Shown in pieces: positions 54,301 to 64,000 of a stretch of DNA of 64,000 bases. Each line of letters begins with the position of its first letter. Positions within the stretch are counted from its first letter, which is position 1. Source of the DNA: an uncultured Holophagales bacterium (GTDB lineage Bacteria; Acidobacteriota; Thermoanaerobaculia; Multivoradales; UBA5704); NCBI GenBank assembly GCA_963842525.1, contig CAWJGT010000020.1:1-64000 (forward strand). The letters are read 5' to 3'. A program made the position numbers and the translations under genes. Under the pieces are notes generated by a model. The model saw only the letters and a list, made by a program, of their open reading frames with translations, had not been told where the DNA came from and ran no database searches.

Positions 54301-57300
54301 GTTTCCGTCCGGACGGCAGGATCGAGTACCTGGGGCGCATCGACCACCAGGTCAAGATCCGCGGGCTCCGCATCGAGCCGGGGGAGATCGAGGCCGCGAT
54401 CCTCGGCCATTCAGTCGTCAAAGAAGCGGTGGTGGTGGCCCGCGAGGACCGGCCGGGCGACCGCCGCCTGGTGGCCTATCTGGTGCCGGGACAGGGGGAA
54501 TTGCGCATCGAGGATCTGCGGGCCTCCCTCCGCGCGCGGCTCCCCGAGCACATGGTGCCGTCGGCCTTCATGGTGCTGGAAGCCTTGCCGTTGACCGCGA
54601 ATGGCAAGCTCGACCGCCGGGCTCTCCCAGCTCCGGAGGGAAGACCACGGGCCGCGAGTGTCCCGCCGCGCACCGAGGCCGAGCAGGCCATCGCCGGCGC
54701 CTGGCGCGAGGCGCTCGGGCTGGAGGCGGTCGGGGTCGACGAGAGCTTCTTCGATCTGGGCGGCCATTCGCTCCTGGCCACGCGGGTGCTCTCCCGGATC
54801 CGGGAGGCGTTCCGGGTGGACCTGCCGCTGCGCGCCCTCTTCGAGGAGCCGACCGTGGCCGGTCTCGCCCGGCGGATCGAGGCGGCCGTCCAGGGGCCAC
54901 ATCTCCCGAGCCTGCCGATCGTTCCGATTCCGCGCGTGGGTGCCTTGCCGCTCTCCTTCGCACAGCAGCGGCTCTGGTTCCTCGATCAGCTCGAGCCCGG
55001 CGCCCCCCTCTACAACATCCCCGCGGCCCTGCGCGCCACCGGACCGCTCGACGTCCCTGCCCTGACGCACGCCCTCGGCGAGGTCGGCCGTCGTCACGAG
55101 GCCCTGCGGACGACCTTCGCCTCGGTGGAGGGGGCGCCGGTGCAGGTCGTCCAGCCGCCGTCCGCCTTCTCTCTGCCGGTCGTGGACCTCTCCGGTCTCG
55201 CAGAGCCTGAAGGGCCGGTGCTCGGGCTCGCGGCGAAAGAGGCCCTCCGGCCCTTCGACCTGGCGCAGGGACCGGTCTGGCGCGCTCTCTGCCTGCGGCT
55301 CGGCCCGGCCGACCACGTCCTCCTCGTCACCATGCATCACATCGCGAGCGACGGCTGGTCGATGGGCATCCTGGTCCGCGAGGTGCTGACACTCTACGGA
55401 GCGCATTTACCCCTGCCCGAGCTGCCGGTGCAGTACGCCGACTACGCCCTCTGGCAGAGAGACCGGCTCCAGGGCGATCTCCTCCAGAATGAGCTGGCGT
55501 ACTGGCGCGAACAGCTCGCCAGCCTGCCGGCGCTGGAGCTGCCGACCGACCGGCCGCGCCCCGCCATCCGCAGCCATCGCGGCAGCAACCGACCGGTGGA
55601 GCTGGGGGCCGACCTGACGGCCGGCCTGCGCCGTCTCGCCCGCCGCGAGGGGACCACGCTCTTCATGATCCTGCTCGCCGCTTTTGAGGCCCTGCTCGCA
55701 CGGCACAGCGGCCAGCGCGACCTGGCGGTGGGGAGCCCCATCGCGGGCCGGGAGCACCTGGAGATCGAGGGGCTGATCGGCTTCTTCGTGAACACCCTGG
55801 TCCTGCGCGGCGACCTGTCCGGAGATCCGCCGTTCCGCACCCTGCTCGCCCGGGCGCGCGAGACCGTCCTCGCGGCCCACCTCCATCAGGAAGTCCCCTT
55901 CGAGAGGCTGGTCGAAGAGCTGGAGCCGGACCGGAGCCCCAGCCGCACCCCCCTGTTCCAGGTGATGCTCTCGCTCGGCAATGCGCCGCGCGACATCCCC
56001 GAGACGCGGGGCCTGCGGCTGTGGCGCATGGATGCGGCCGAGATCCTCCCTCCGGTCGCCCGCTTCGATCTGAGCCTGGCTCTCGAAGAGCGGGAGGGTG
56101 GGCTCTCGGGTGTGTGGGAGCACAGCGCCGAGCTGTTCGACGCCACCACGATCGCCCGCATGGCGGGCCATCTGGAGAGGCTGCTCGCGGCTGTGGTCGC
56201 TGATCCCGGGCTCCGCCTCTCCGAGCTGCCGCTGCTCGGCGAGGTGGAGCGGCACCAGCTCGCCCTGGCGTGGAACGACACGACCGCGCCGGCTCCTCCG
56301 GACCTCCTCGTGCACCAGCTCTTCGAGGCCCAGGCGGAACGGCAACCCGAGGCGATCGCCTTGCGGCAGGGGAGCGAGGTCCTGACGTACGGCGAGCTGG
56401 CCGCCCTCTCCCATCGCCTGGCCCACCACCTCCGGCGCCTTAGGGTCCGTCCCGAGGAGCCGGTCGGGGTCTGCCTGGAACGGGTCCCACTGCGCATCGC
56501 GGCTCTCCTCGCGGTACTCCAGGCCGGCGGCGTCTATCTCCCGCTGGACCCGGCCTATCCGCGGGCGCGCCGCGAGCTCATGCTGCGCGATTCCGGGGCG
56601 CGGGTGCTGCTGACCTCCGGATGGCTGGCGACGCTGGGCTGGCCTGTCCCCAGGGTCGTTCCGCTGGACGAGATCGGGGCGGAGCTGGCCGCCGAGAGCC
56701 TCCAGTCCGCCGGCCGGAGCCGTGCGGCCCGAGATCCTGGCGTACATCCTCTACACCTCGGGGTCGACCGGCACGCCGAAGGGAATCGGGGTCGACCACG
56801 CCGCCGCCGTCGATCACTTCACGACGATCGTTCGTGCCTACGGGCTCGTTCCCGAGGATCGGGTGCTGCAGTTCGGGGCGCCCGGCTTCGATGTCTCCCT
56901 GGAGCAGATCCTCCCCACGCTGGCAGCCGGGGCCACGCTGATCCTGCCGCGCAACGAGCTGGTCAGCCCCGGCGAGCTGTTCTCCGTGCCTCCCGAGAGC
57001 GAGGTCACCGTCGTCAATGTGCCGACGGCCTATTGGCAGCAATGGGTCGGCGAGCTCGCCGACGGGAGAGCGCTTCCAGACCGGCTGCGGTTCGTGATCA
57101 CCGGCGGCGAGGCCATGGCGCTCGAATCGGCGCGTCTCTGGGCCGCGCTCCCCGGCAGCGGGCGGGTTCCGATGTTCAATGGCTACGGTCCGACCGAGGC
57201 GGTCGTGACCGCTACGATCGTCCCTCTCGGAGGCGACGGTCCCGGCGCTCCGGCGACGGTGCCGATCGGCTGGCTGCTCGCTCGCCGCACCGCCTGGGTG

Positions 57301-60300
57301 CTCGACCATGACGGCCGGCTCATGCCGCCGGGAGCCCATGGCGAGCTCTGCCTGGGCGGCGTGCTCGCTCGCGGCTATATCGGGCGGCCCGACCTGACGG
57401 CCGAGCGCTTCGTGCCGCACCCGTGGGGCGAGCCCGGGGCGCGGCTCTACCGGACCGGCGACCTGGCGCGGTATCTCCCCGATGGGAATCTCGAGTTCCT
57501 GGGACGGCTGGACGAGCAGGTGAAGGTCCGCGGTTTCCGCATCGAGCTGGGGGAGGTCGAGGCGGTCCTGGCCAGCCATCCCGCGGTGCGGGAGGCGGTG
57601 GTCCTCGCCATCGCGGACGGCCAGGGGGGCCGCAGGCTGGCGGGATTTGTCGTTCCCATCCCGGACGCCGCGGTCGCGCCGGCCGATCTGCGCGAGCACC
57701 TCCGGGAGCGCCTGCCGGACTACATGGTCCCCGGCGCCTTCTCGGTCATGGAATCGCTGCCGCTCACGCCCCACGGCAAGGTGGACCGGCGAGCCCTGGC
57801 CCACATCGCCCCGACGCCCTTATTGGCCGGGGAGGAGCACGCGGCCCCACGCGGCCCCGTCGAAGAGATCGTGGCGGCCCTCTGGGCCGACGTGCTGGGG
57901 ACCGACCGGATCGGCCGTGGCGACGGGTTCTTCGAGCTGGGAGGCCACTCGCTCCTGGCGACCCAGGTGGTCTCGCGGGTGCGCAAGACCCTGGGGATCG
58001 AGATCCCCCTGCGGGCCCTCTTCGAGGCGCCCACCCTGAGCGGCTTCGCCGGGAGAGTGGCCCGGGAGATCGAGGCCGGAAGCCGGACTGCCGTGCCGCC
58101 GATCCCCTCCCTGCCAAGGCGCCCCGGCGAGCGCTTCCCCCTGTCCTTCGCCCAGCAGCGGCTCTGGTTCCTGGATCAGCTCGAGCCCGGCTCCGCGGTC
58201 TATAACCTGCCGCTCGCGATCGATCTTTTTGGGCCTCTCGATGTGTCTGCGCTCGCCCGCGCCCTGGCCACGATCGCACTCCGTCACGACGCGCTGCGCA
58301 CGACCTTCCCCGCCGAAGATGGCAACCCGGTGCAGGTCGTCGCGGAGCTTCGGCGTCCCGTGCTCCCGGTGATCGACCTGACCGGCGTCGAAGGAGCCGT
58401 GGACACGGTCGCCGGAGAGCTGGCCCGCCGGCCGTTCGACCTGGAACGGGGCCCTCTCCTGCGCGCGTGCCTCCTGCGGGTGGAGAAGGAAGCGCACCGG
58501 CTCGTCGTGAGCATGCACCACATCGTGAGCGACGGCTGGTCGGTCGGCGTGTTCGCCCGCGAGCTGAGCGCGCTGTACGAGGCCTTCCGGGCCGGCCGGC
58601 CCTCTCCGCTGCCCGAGCTGCCGGTGCAGTACCCGGCCTTTGCGGTCTGGCAGCGGCAGTGGCTCGCGGGCGAGGTTTTGGACACGGAGCTGGCGTACTG
58701 GCGCGAGCAGCTTCACGGCCTGCCGCGCCGCCTGGAGCTGCCCGAGGACCGTGCCTGGAGGCGCCGGCGCGGAGCCGCGCGCGGAGGTCTCCGCCCGGTG
58801 GTTTTCTCCGAGGAGCTGGGGCGCCGCCTGCGAGAGCTCGCCCGCGCCGAGGGAGCGACGTCGTTCATGATCCTGCTGGCCGGCTTCCAGGCGCTCCTCG
58901 GCCGCTGCGCCGGGCAGGAGGATTTCGCCGTCGGCACCCCCGTCGCCGGGCGCTCCGCGGCCGAGCTGGAGGGGCTGATCGGCTTCTTCGTCAACACCCT
59001 GGTGCTCCGCGCCGACCTGGCAGGGGAGCCGGGTTTCCGTGCCCTCCTGCGGCGGGTTAGGGAGCGTGTTCTGGCGGCGCAGGCCCACCAGCACCTCCCG
59101 TTCGAGAAGCTGGTGGAGGAGCTGGAGCCCACGCGAAGCCTGGAGCACGCCCCCCTGTTCCAGGCCATGCTCGCCTTCCAGAACACGCCCCGCGAGACGT
59201 TGGACCTGCCCGGCCTCCTCACCATTCCGGTCGATGTCCATACCGGGACGGCCAAGCTCGATCTCCTCCTGTCCCTGGAGGAGGTCGACGGCCGCATCGC
59301 CGGCGCCCTGGAGCACGACGCGGACCGCTTCGACGCCACCACGATCGACCGCCTCCTGGCGTGGTACGAGGCGCTCCTCGCCGCCGCGGTGGCCGCTCCG
59401 GAACGGCCGGTCTTCGACCTGTCGCTGCTGTCTGCCGCGGAGAGTCACCAGGTGCAGGTGGAGTGGAACGACCGCGGAGGGGTCGAGCCCGGCTGGACGC
59501 TCCTGCACGAGGGCTTCGAGCGACAGGCGCAGCGCACGCCCGAGGCGATAGCCCTGGTCTGGGGTCAGGAGCGCCTCACGTACCGCGACCTCAACGAGAA
59601 GGCTGACCGCCTGGCCGAGGAGTTACGCCGCCGCGGAGCCGGTCCGGAGCGGGTGGTCGGGATCTCCCTCCCGCGCACCCCCGAGATGATCGTCGCCATG
59701 CTCGCCGTCCTTAAATCCGGGGCCGCCTATGTCCCCCTCGATCCATCCTACCCACCGGACCGGATCGCGTTCATGACCGACGACGCAGGTGTGAGCCTGA
59801 TCCTCACCTCCGAGGGTGGATTGGGGGACAAGCCCCAAAGGGGCGCCGGCATAAAGCCTGGGGTTTCAACCCCAGGTCGGCGGCTTGAGGATTCAGGCTG
59901 CCCCTATCCTGGGGTTGAAACCCCAGGCTTTATGCCGGCGCCCCTTCGGGGCTCCGAGGTCGCCTACCTCATCTACACCTCCGGCTCCACCGGCCGCCCC
60001 AAGGGCGTCGCCATCGAGCACGCCAGTGCCGTCCGTCTCGTCGCCTGGGCTTTGGAAGCTTTTTCTCGCGAAGAGCTGTCCGGTGTCCTCGCCTCGACCT
60101 CGATCAACTTCGACCTGTCGATCTTCGAGATCTTCGTCCCCCTCTCCTGCGGTGGGGCTGTGATCCTGGCCGACGATGCCCTTGCCCTGCCATCCCTGTC
60201 CGCGATGGGGGAGGTGACCCTGGTCAACACGGTGCCGTCCGCCATGGCCGCGCTGCTCGACCTGGGGCCGCTCCCACCCTCGATTCGCACCGTCAACCTG

Positions 60301-63300
60301 GCGGGCGAGCCGCTGCGGCGCGCTCTGGCCGAGCGGGTATATGGGTCGGGTGTGGAGAGGCTATGGAATCTCTACGGCCCGTCCGAAGACACGACCTACT
60401 CGACCGGCTCTGTGGTCGAGCGGGGCCGAAATCCTCACCCCCTGACCCCCTCTCCCATCTCCCTTCCACCCCCCGCCGGGAGAGGGGGAACATATCCGAA
60501 GCCATTCGGCGGGCTCGCCACGGGGGCATCAACAACGTCCCCCCTCTCCCGGGGATGGGAGGGTGGGAGATGGGAGAGGGGGACAGGGGGTGAGGACCCA
60601 CGGCCTGAGCCGTCCATCGGCCGCCCCGTCGCCGGCTCCCTGGCGTACGTGGTTGATGCTTCTCTCCGTATCCAGCCCTTCGGTGTGCCGGGCGAGCTGT
60701 GTCTGGGTGGAGGAGGGGTGGCTCGGGGCTACCTCGGCCGGCCGGAGCTGACGGCTGAGCGGTTCGTGCCGGATCCGTTCGGTGTGGCTCCCGGCGGCCG
60801 GCTCTACCGGACCGGCGACCGGGTGCGCTGGCGAACGGACGGGTCGCTCGACTACCTGGGCCGGCTGGACCGGCAGGTCAAGATCCGCGGGTTCCGGATC
60901 GAGCCGGGAGAGATCGAGGCGGTCCTGCTCGCCGGTCCCGGGGTCGAGGCGGCGGCGGTGCTGCCCCGCGGCGGCACCCTCGTGGCCTATGTGGTGGCTG
61001 CAACGGGCACCGGAGAGCTGCGGGCGTGGTTGGCCGGCCGGCTTCCGGCGCCCTTGGTGCCCTCGACGTTCGTCCGGCTCGATGCGCTGCCACTGACTCC
61101 GAACGGCAAGGTGGACCGCTATGCTCTCGCCCGCATCGCTCCGACCGTGGAGGCCCGGGAGCTCGCGGCTCCCAGCGGTCCGATCGAGGAGACCCTGGCG
61201 GCGATCTGGAGCGAGGTCCTCGGCATCGATCGGATCGGCGCCGGCGACTCCTTCTTCGACCTCGGCGGGCACTCCCTTCTGGCCACTCGCGCGCTGGCCC
61301 GGGTGCGCGAGGCCTTCCAGATCGACCTGCCGTTGCGCGACCTGTTCGAGGCGCCGACGGTCCAGGAGCTGGCCCGCCGGGTGGAGGCGGCTCTGGGCGG
61401 GGCTGCCGCACCGGCTCCGCCGATCGTCCCGGTCTCCAGAGAAGAGGACCTGCCGCTCTCCTTCGCGCAGCAGCGGCTCTGGCTCATCGACCAGCTCGAA
61501 CCCGGCGGCTCGGTCTACAACGTCTCCCTGGCACTGCGGCTGGATGGCCCCCTCGACCCCGAAGCCCTGGCCCGCGCCTTCTCCGAGGTGGCTCGCCGGC
61601 ACGAGGTCCTGCGGACCACCTTCGCGGTGCGCCACGGCGATCCGGTCCAGGTCATCGGGCCGCCATTGCCCATCCCCCTGCCGGTTCTCGATCTGACCGG
61701 GCTGCCTGAGCCGGTACGGTCGGCCGAGGTCAGGCGGCAGGCTCGCGAGGAGGGCGCTCGGCCTTTCGACCTTGGGACGGGTCCGCTGCTGCGGGCCGGC
61801 CTCCTATGGCTCGGCAGCGAAAGCTGGGTCCTGCTCGCCACCCTGCACCACATCGTGAGCGACGAGTGGTCGCTGCGCCTGCTCTTCCGTGAGCTGACCG
61901 TGCTCTATGCCGCCTTCCGGCAGGGGCTTCCGTCACCTCTGCCCGAGTTGCCCGTGCAGTTCGCGGACTTCGCGGTCTGGCAGCGTCGCTGGCTTACAGG
62001 AGACGTCCTGGAGGCGCAGCTCGCCTACTGGCGCGGACGGCTGGGGAGCGATCCACCTGTGCTGGAGCTGCCCACCGACCGGCCGCGGCCGTCGCTCCAG
62101 ACCTTCCGCGGCGCCCGCCTCGGCTTTTCTCTCCCGGCCGGGGCCTCTGCCGCGCTGCAGGCTCTCGGCCGCCGGCGGGGCGCGACATCGTTCATGACCC
62201 TGCTCGCCGCGTTTCAGGCCCTACTGGCGCGCACCAGCGGGCAGACCGACCTCACCGTGGGCACCCCGATCGCCGCCCGGCACCGCGTCGAGGTCGAGGA
62301 TCTGATCGGGTTCTTCCTCAACACCCTGGTCGTGCGGGCCGACCTGTCCGGCGATCCGGGGTTCCTGGAGATCCTCGGCCGGGCGCGCGAGCGGTCCCTG
62401 GAGGCCTTCGCCCACCAGGATCTGCCCTTCGAGAAGCTCGTCGACGAGCTGAAGCCGCGCCGCAGCCTCAGCCATCCGCCGCTCTTCCAGGCCCTGTTCG
62501 TCCTCGTCCACGCCGCGCGGCTGGAGGCGGAGTCGCTCGACATCCGGCTGAGTAACCTCGACTCCGAGGTCTCGACCGCCAAGTTCGACCTCACCTTGTC
62601 CCTGCTGGCCGATGGCGAGGCCCTCTCGGGCGTGATCGAATTCAACACCGACCTGTTCGACCGCACGACCGTGCTGCGCCTGGCCACGCATCTGGCGGTG
62701 CTGTGCGATGCCGCGGCGCGCGATCCGGAGCAGCCTCTTTCGGCCCTGCCGCTCCTCGCCGCGGCCGAGGAGCACCAGGTCAGCTTCGAGTGGAACGATA
62801 CGGCAGTGCCGGGCCGGGCGGAGGTCCCGGTCCACCGGCTGTTCGAGGCCTGGGTGGAGAAGGCGCCGGATCGGCCGGCGGTGATCTGGGACGGTGGGGT
62901 CTGGACCTACGCGGACCTCGACGGCCGGGCGGCGCGGCTGGCCCGCCGTCTCCGGTCGCTCGGCATCGGCCCCGAAGTCCCGGTGGGAGTCTGCGCCGAG
63001 CGCGGCCCAGAGCTGTCGGTCGCCCTGCTGGCGGTGCTCAAGGCGGGAGGCGCCTACCTCCCGGTCGATCCGCGCTACCCGCGCGAGCGCCAGGCGTTCA
63101 TGCTGGCCGACGCCGGGGCGCCGGTCGTGCTCGTGCAGGAGGCCCTTGCTGGCTCTCTCGCGGAGCACACGGGGAGGACCGTCCTGCTGAACGACGACGC
63201 CTGGAGCGGCGAGGCCCTGGAGACAGCGGTGCCTCATCTCGGCCCGGAGCAGATGTGCTATCTCATCTACACCTCGGGCTCCACGGGCCGGCCCAAGGGG

Positions 63301-64000
63301 ATCGCCCTGACGCACCGGACCCTGACCAACCTCGTGCGCTGGCAGGTCGATCCCGGCCGCGCGGCGGCCACGGCCAGCCCGGCGCACACTCTCCAGTTTG
63401 CCTCGCCGAGCTTCGACGTCTCCCTCCAGGAGCTGTTCTCGACCTGGGCGAGCGGCGGCGCTCTTGTGCTGATCACCGAGGACGACCGGCGCGATCCGGA
63501 ACGGCTGGCCGCGCGCCTGGCCGAAGGGAAGGTCGAGCGCCTGTTCCTCCCCTACGTGGCCCTCCAGCAGCTCGCGGACGTCCTCGCCAGGACCGACACC
63601 CCGCTTCCCGGCCTGCGGCAGGTCGTCACCGCGGGCGAGCAACCGCAGACGACGCCGCAGCTCGCCGAAGCCTTCCGGCGGCTCTCGGCGTCGACCGGCG
63701 GGGCCGGCGGAACCACCCTGCACAACCAGTACGGTCCGTCCGAGACCCACGTCATCACCGAGCTCGTGATGGAAGGCGATCCGGCAGGCTGGCCGGCGCT
63801 GCCGCCCATCGGCCGGCCAATTGCCAATGCGCGGACGTACGTCCTCGACCGCTCTTTGCGGCCGGCGCCGATCGGCGTGCCCGGGGAGCTGGTCCTGGGC
63901 GGCCTCCTGCCGGCGCGCGGCTACCTCGGCCGGCCGGACCTGACGGCGGAAAAATTCGTCCCAGATCCCTGGAGCGCAGAGCCGGGCGCGCGCGCCTACC
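42354..64000 (+). CDS. Multimodular NRPS gene C, at least 7 C-A(-PCP) modules, runs off the window end (frameshifts near 43860, 45890, 47260, 47301, 47690, 49920, 56700)
   Basis: ATGA overlap with gene B; C domains at ~42.4, 45.4, 48.6, 51.8, 54.9, 58.1 and 61.5 kb; GGHSL PCPs; hand-read A codes Ala, Ala, Val, Ser, basic?, Ala, Pro-like; frame open from ~56730 to the end. Confidence 0.9.
42803..42847. repeat. Intragenic REP-like element, family A variant, C domain loop after HHIVVDF
   Basis: CCCTCTCCCCCTGGCCCCCTCTCCCGCAGGAGCGGGGGAGGGGGA; translated PLPLAPSPAGAGEGE; starts like the 51656 element. Confidence 0.75.
44055..44107. repeat. Intragenic REP-like element, family A, immediately before the A3 motif
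   Basis: TCCCCCTCTCCC..GATGGGAGAGGGGGCCAGGGGGTGAGG; translated PPLPAVGGRWERGPGGE-VAYLIYTSG. Confidence 0.9.
47102..47301. repeat. Intragenic REP-like multi-hairpin element, family C, immediately before the A3 motif
   Basis: Outer arms AGCCCCGTAGGGGCGGCCGGAATTAGCCCGGG / CCCGGGCTAATTCCGGCCGCCCCTGCGGGGCT; inner AGCCCCGCCAGGGGCG / CGCCCCTAACGGGGCT; frame is broken here as assembled. Confidence 0.92.
50262..50330. repeat. Intragenic REP-like doublet, family B, just before the A3 motif
   Basis: 28-bp perfect arms CCCTGGGACCGCGGGCGTCCCGCCCGCA / TGCGGGCGGGACGCCCGCGGTCCCAGGG with a 13-nt loop; translated PWDRGRPARTIQKNAGGTPAVPG. Confidence 0.93.
51656..51805. repeat. Intragenic REP-like doublet, family A variant, PCP-C linker
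   Basis: CCCTCTCCCCCTGGCCCCCTCTCCC..GGGAGAGGGGG ... CCCCTCTCCC..GGGGGAGGGGTCGGGGGAGGGGG; read in frame. Confidence 0.85.
59831..59953. repeat. Intragenic REP-like doublet, family C, immediately before the A3 motif
   Basis: 46-bp arms with 1 mismatch: AGCCCCAAAGGGGCGCCGGCATAAAGCCTGGGGTTTCAACCCCAGG / CCTGGGGTTGAAACCCCAGGCTTTATGCCGGCGCCCCTTCGGGGCT; 123 bp, in frame. Confidence 0.94.
60433..60595. repeat. Intragenic REP-like doublet, family A (163 bp), after the A5 motif
   Basis: Near copy of 31840-32002 including its spacer; translated PHPLTPSPISLPPPAGRGGTYPKPFGGLATGASTTSPLSRGWEGGRWERGTGGE. Confidence 0.93.

Noticed and set aside
29695-60595. Inteins or group I/II introns as the explanation for the NRPS insertions
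   Set aside because: Too short (28-200 bp); no intein C/S...HN termini, no GUGYG/domain V, no RT or homing endonuclease.
29695-60595. Intragenic hairpins as intrinsic terminators
   Set aside because: No U-tracts follow the stems, and the ORFs continue through them.
27908-64000. Diversity-generating retroelement or IS within the repeated NRPS sequence
   Set aside because: No reverse transcriptase or transposase ORF, and no obvious adenine-specific differences between repeats.
1-64000. tRNA, rRNA or riboswitch (e.g. TPP before thiD, purine before guaA)
   Set aside because: Both genes have only 13-15 bp upstream gaps, and I recognised no RNA-gene motifs.

Overview
High-GC (~70%) bacterial DNA. 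Gene content suggests Acidobacteriota, possibly Thermoanaerobaculia (inference). About 20 small frameshifts look like uncorrected long-read errors. Layout: (1) 121-7443: two secreted-protein genes and a housekeeping operon cinA-thpR-plsY-gpsA-guaA. (2) 7477-23336: an accessory block with an MNT-HEPN toxin-antitoxin pair, membrane/TPR proteins, an outer-membrane barrel-FecR-FG-GAP/DUF11 adhesin operon, and a divergent two-gene SIR2 + nSTAND1-TM-WD40 candidate immune/signalling system. (3) 23358-27269: DHH phosphoesterase, lgt, thiD, ypdA. (4) 27324-27813: a 63-bp structured tandem array. (5) 27908 to the window end: a large hybrid PKS/NRPS cluster with two AT-less KS-ACP starts and at least 10 NRPS modules. 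The most striking observation is that the megasynthase genes carry 14 REP-like palindromic elements of three unrelated families inside their coding sequence. Twelve read through in frame. They recur at equivalent sites (A2-A3 loop, KS-ACP, C-A and T-C linkers, post-HHxxxD loop), and sister domains often carry different elements at the same site. I saw no such insertions in the other genes of the window.
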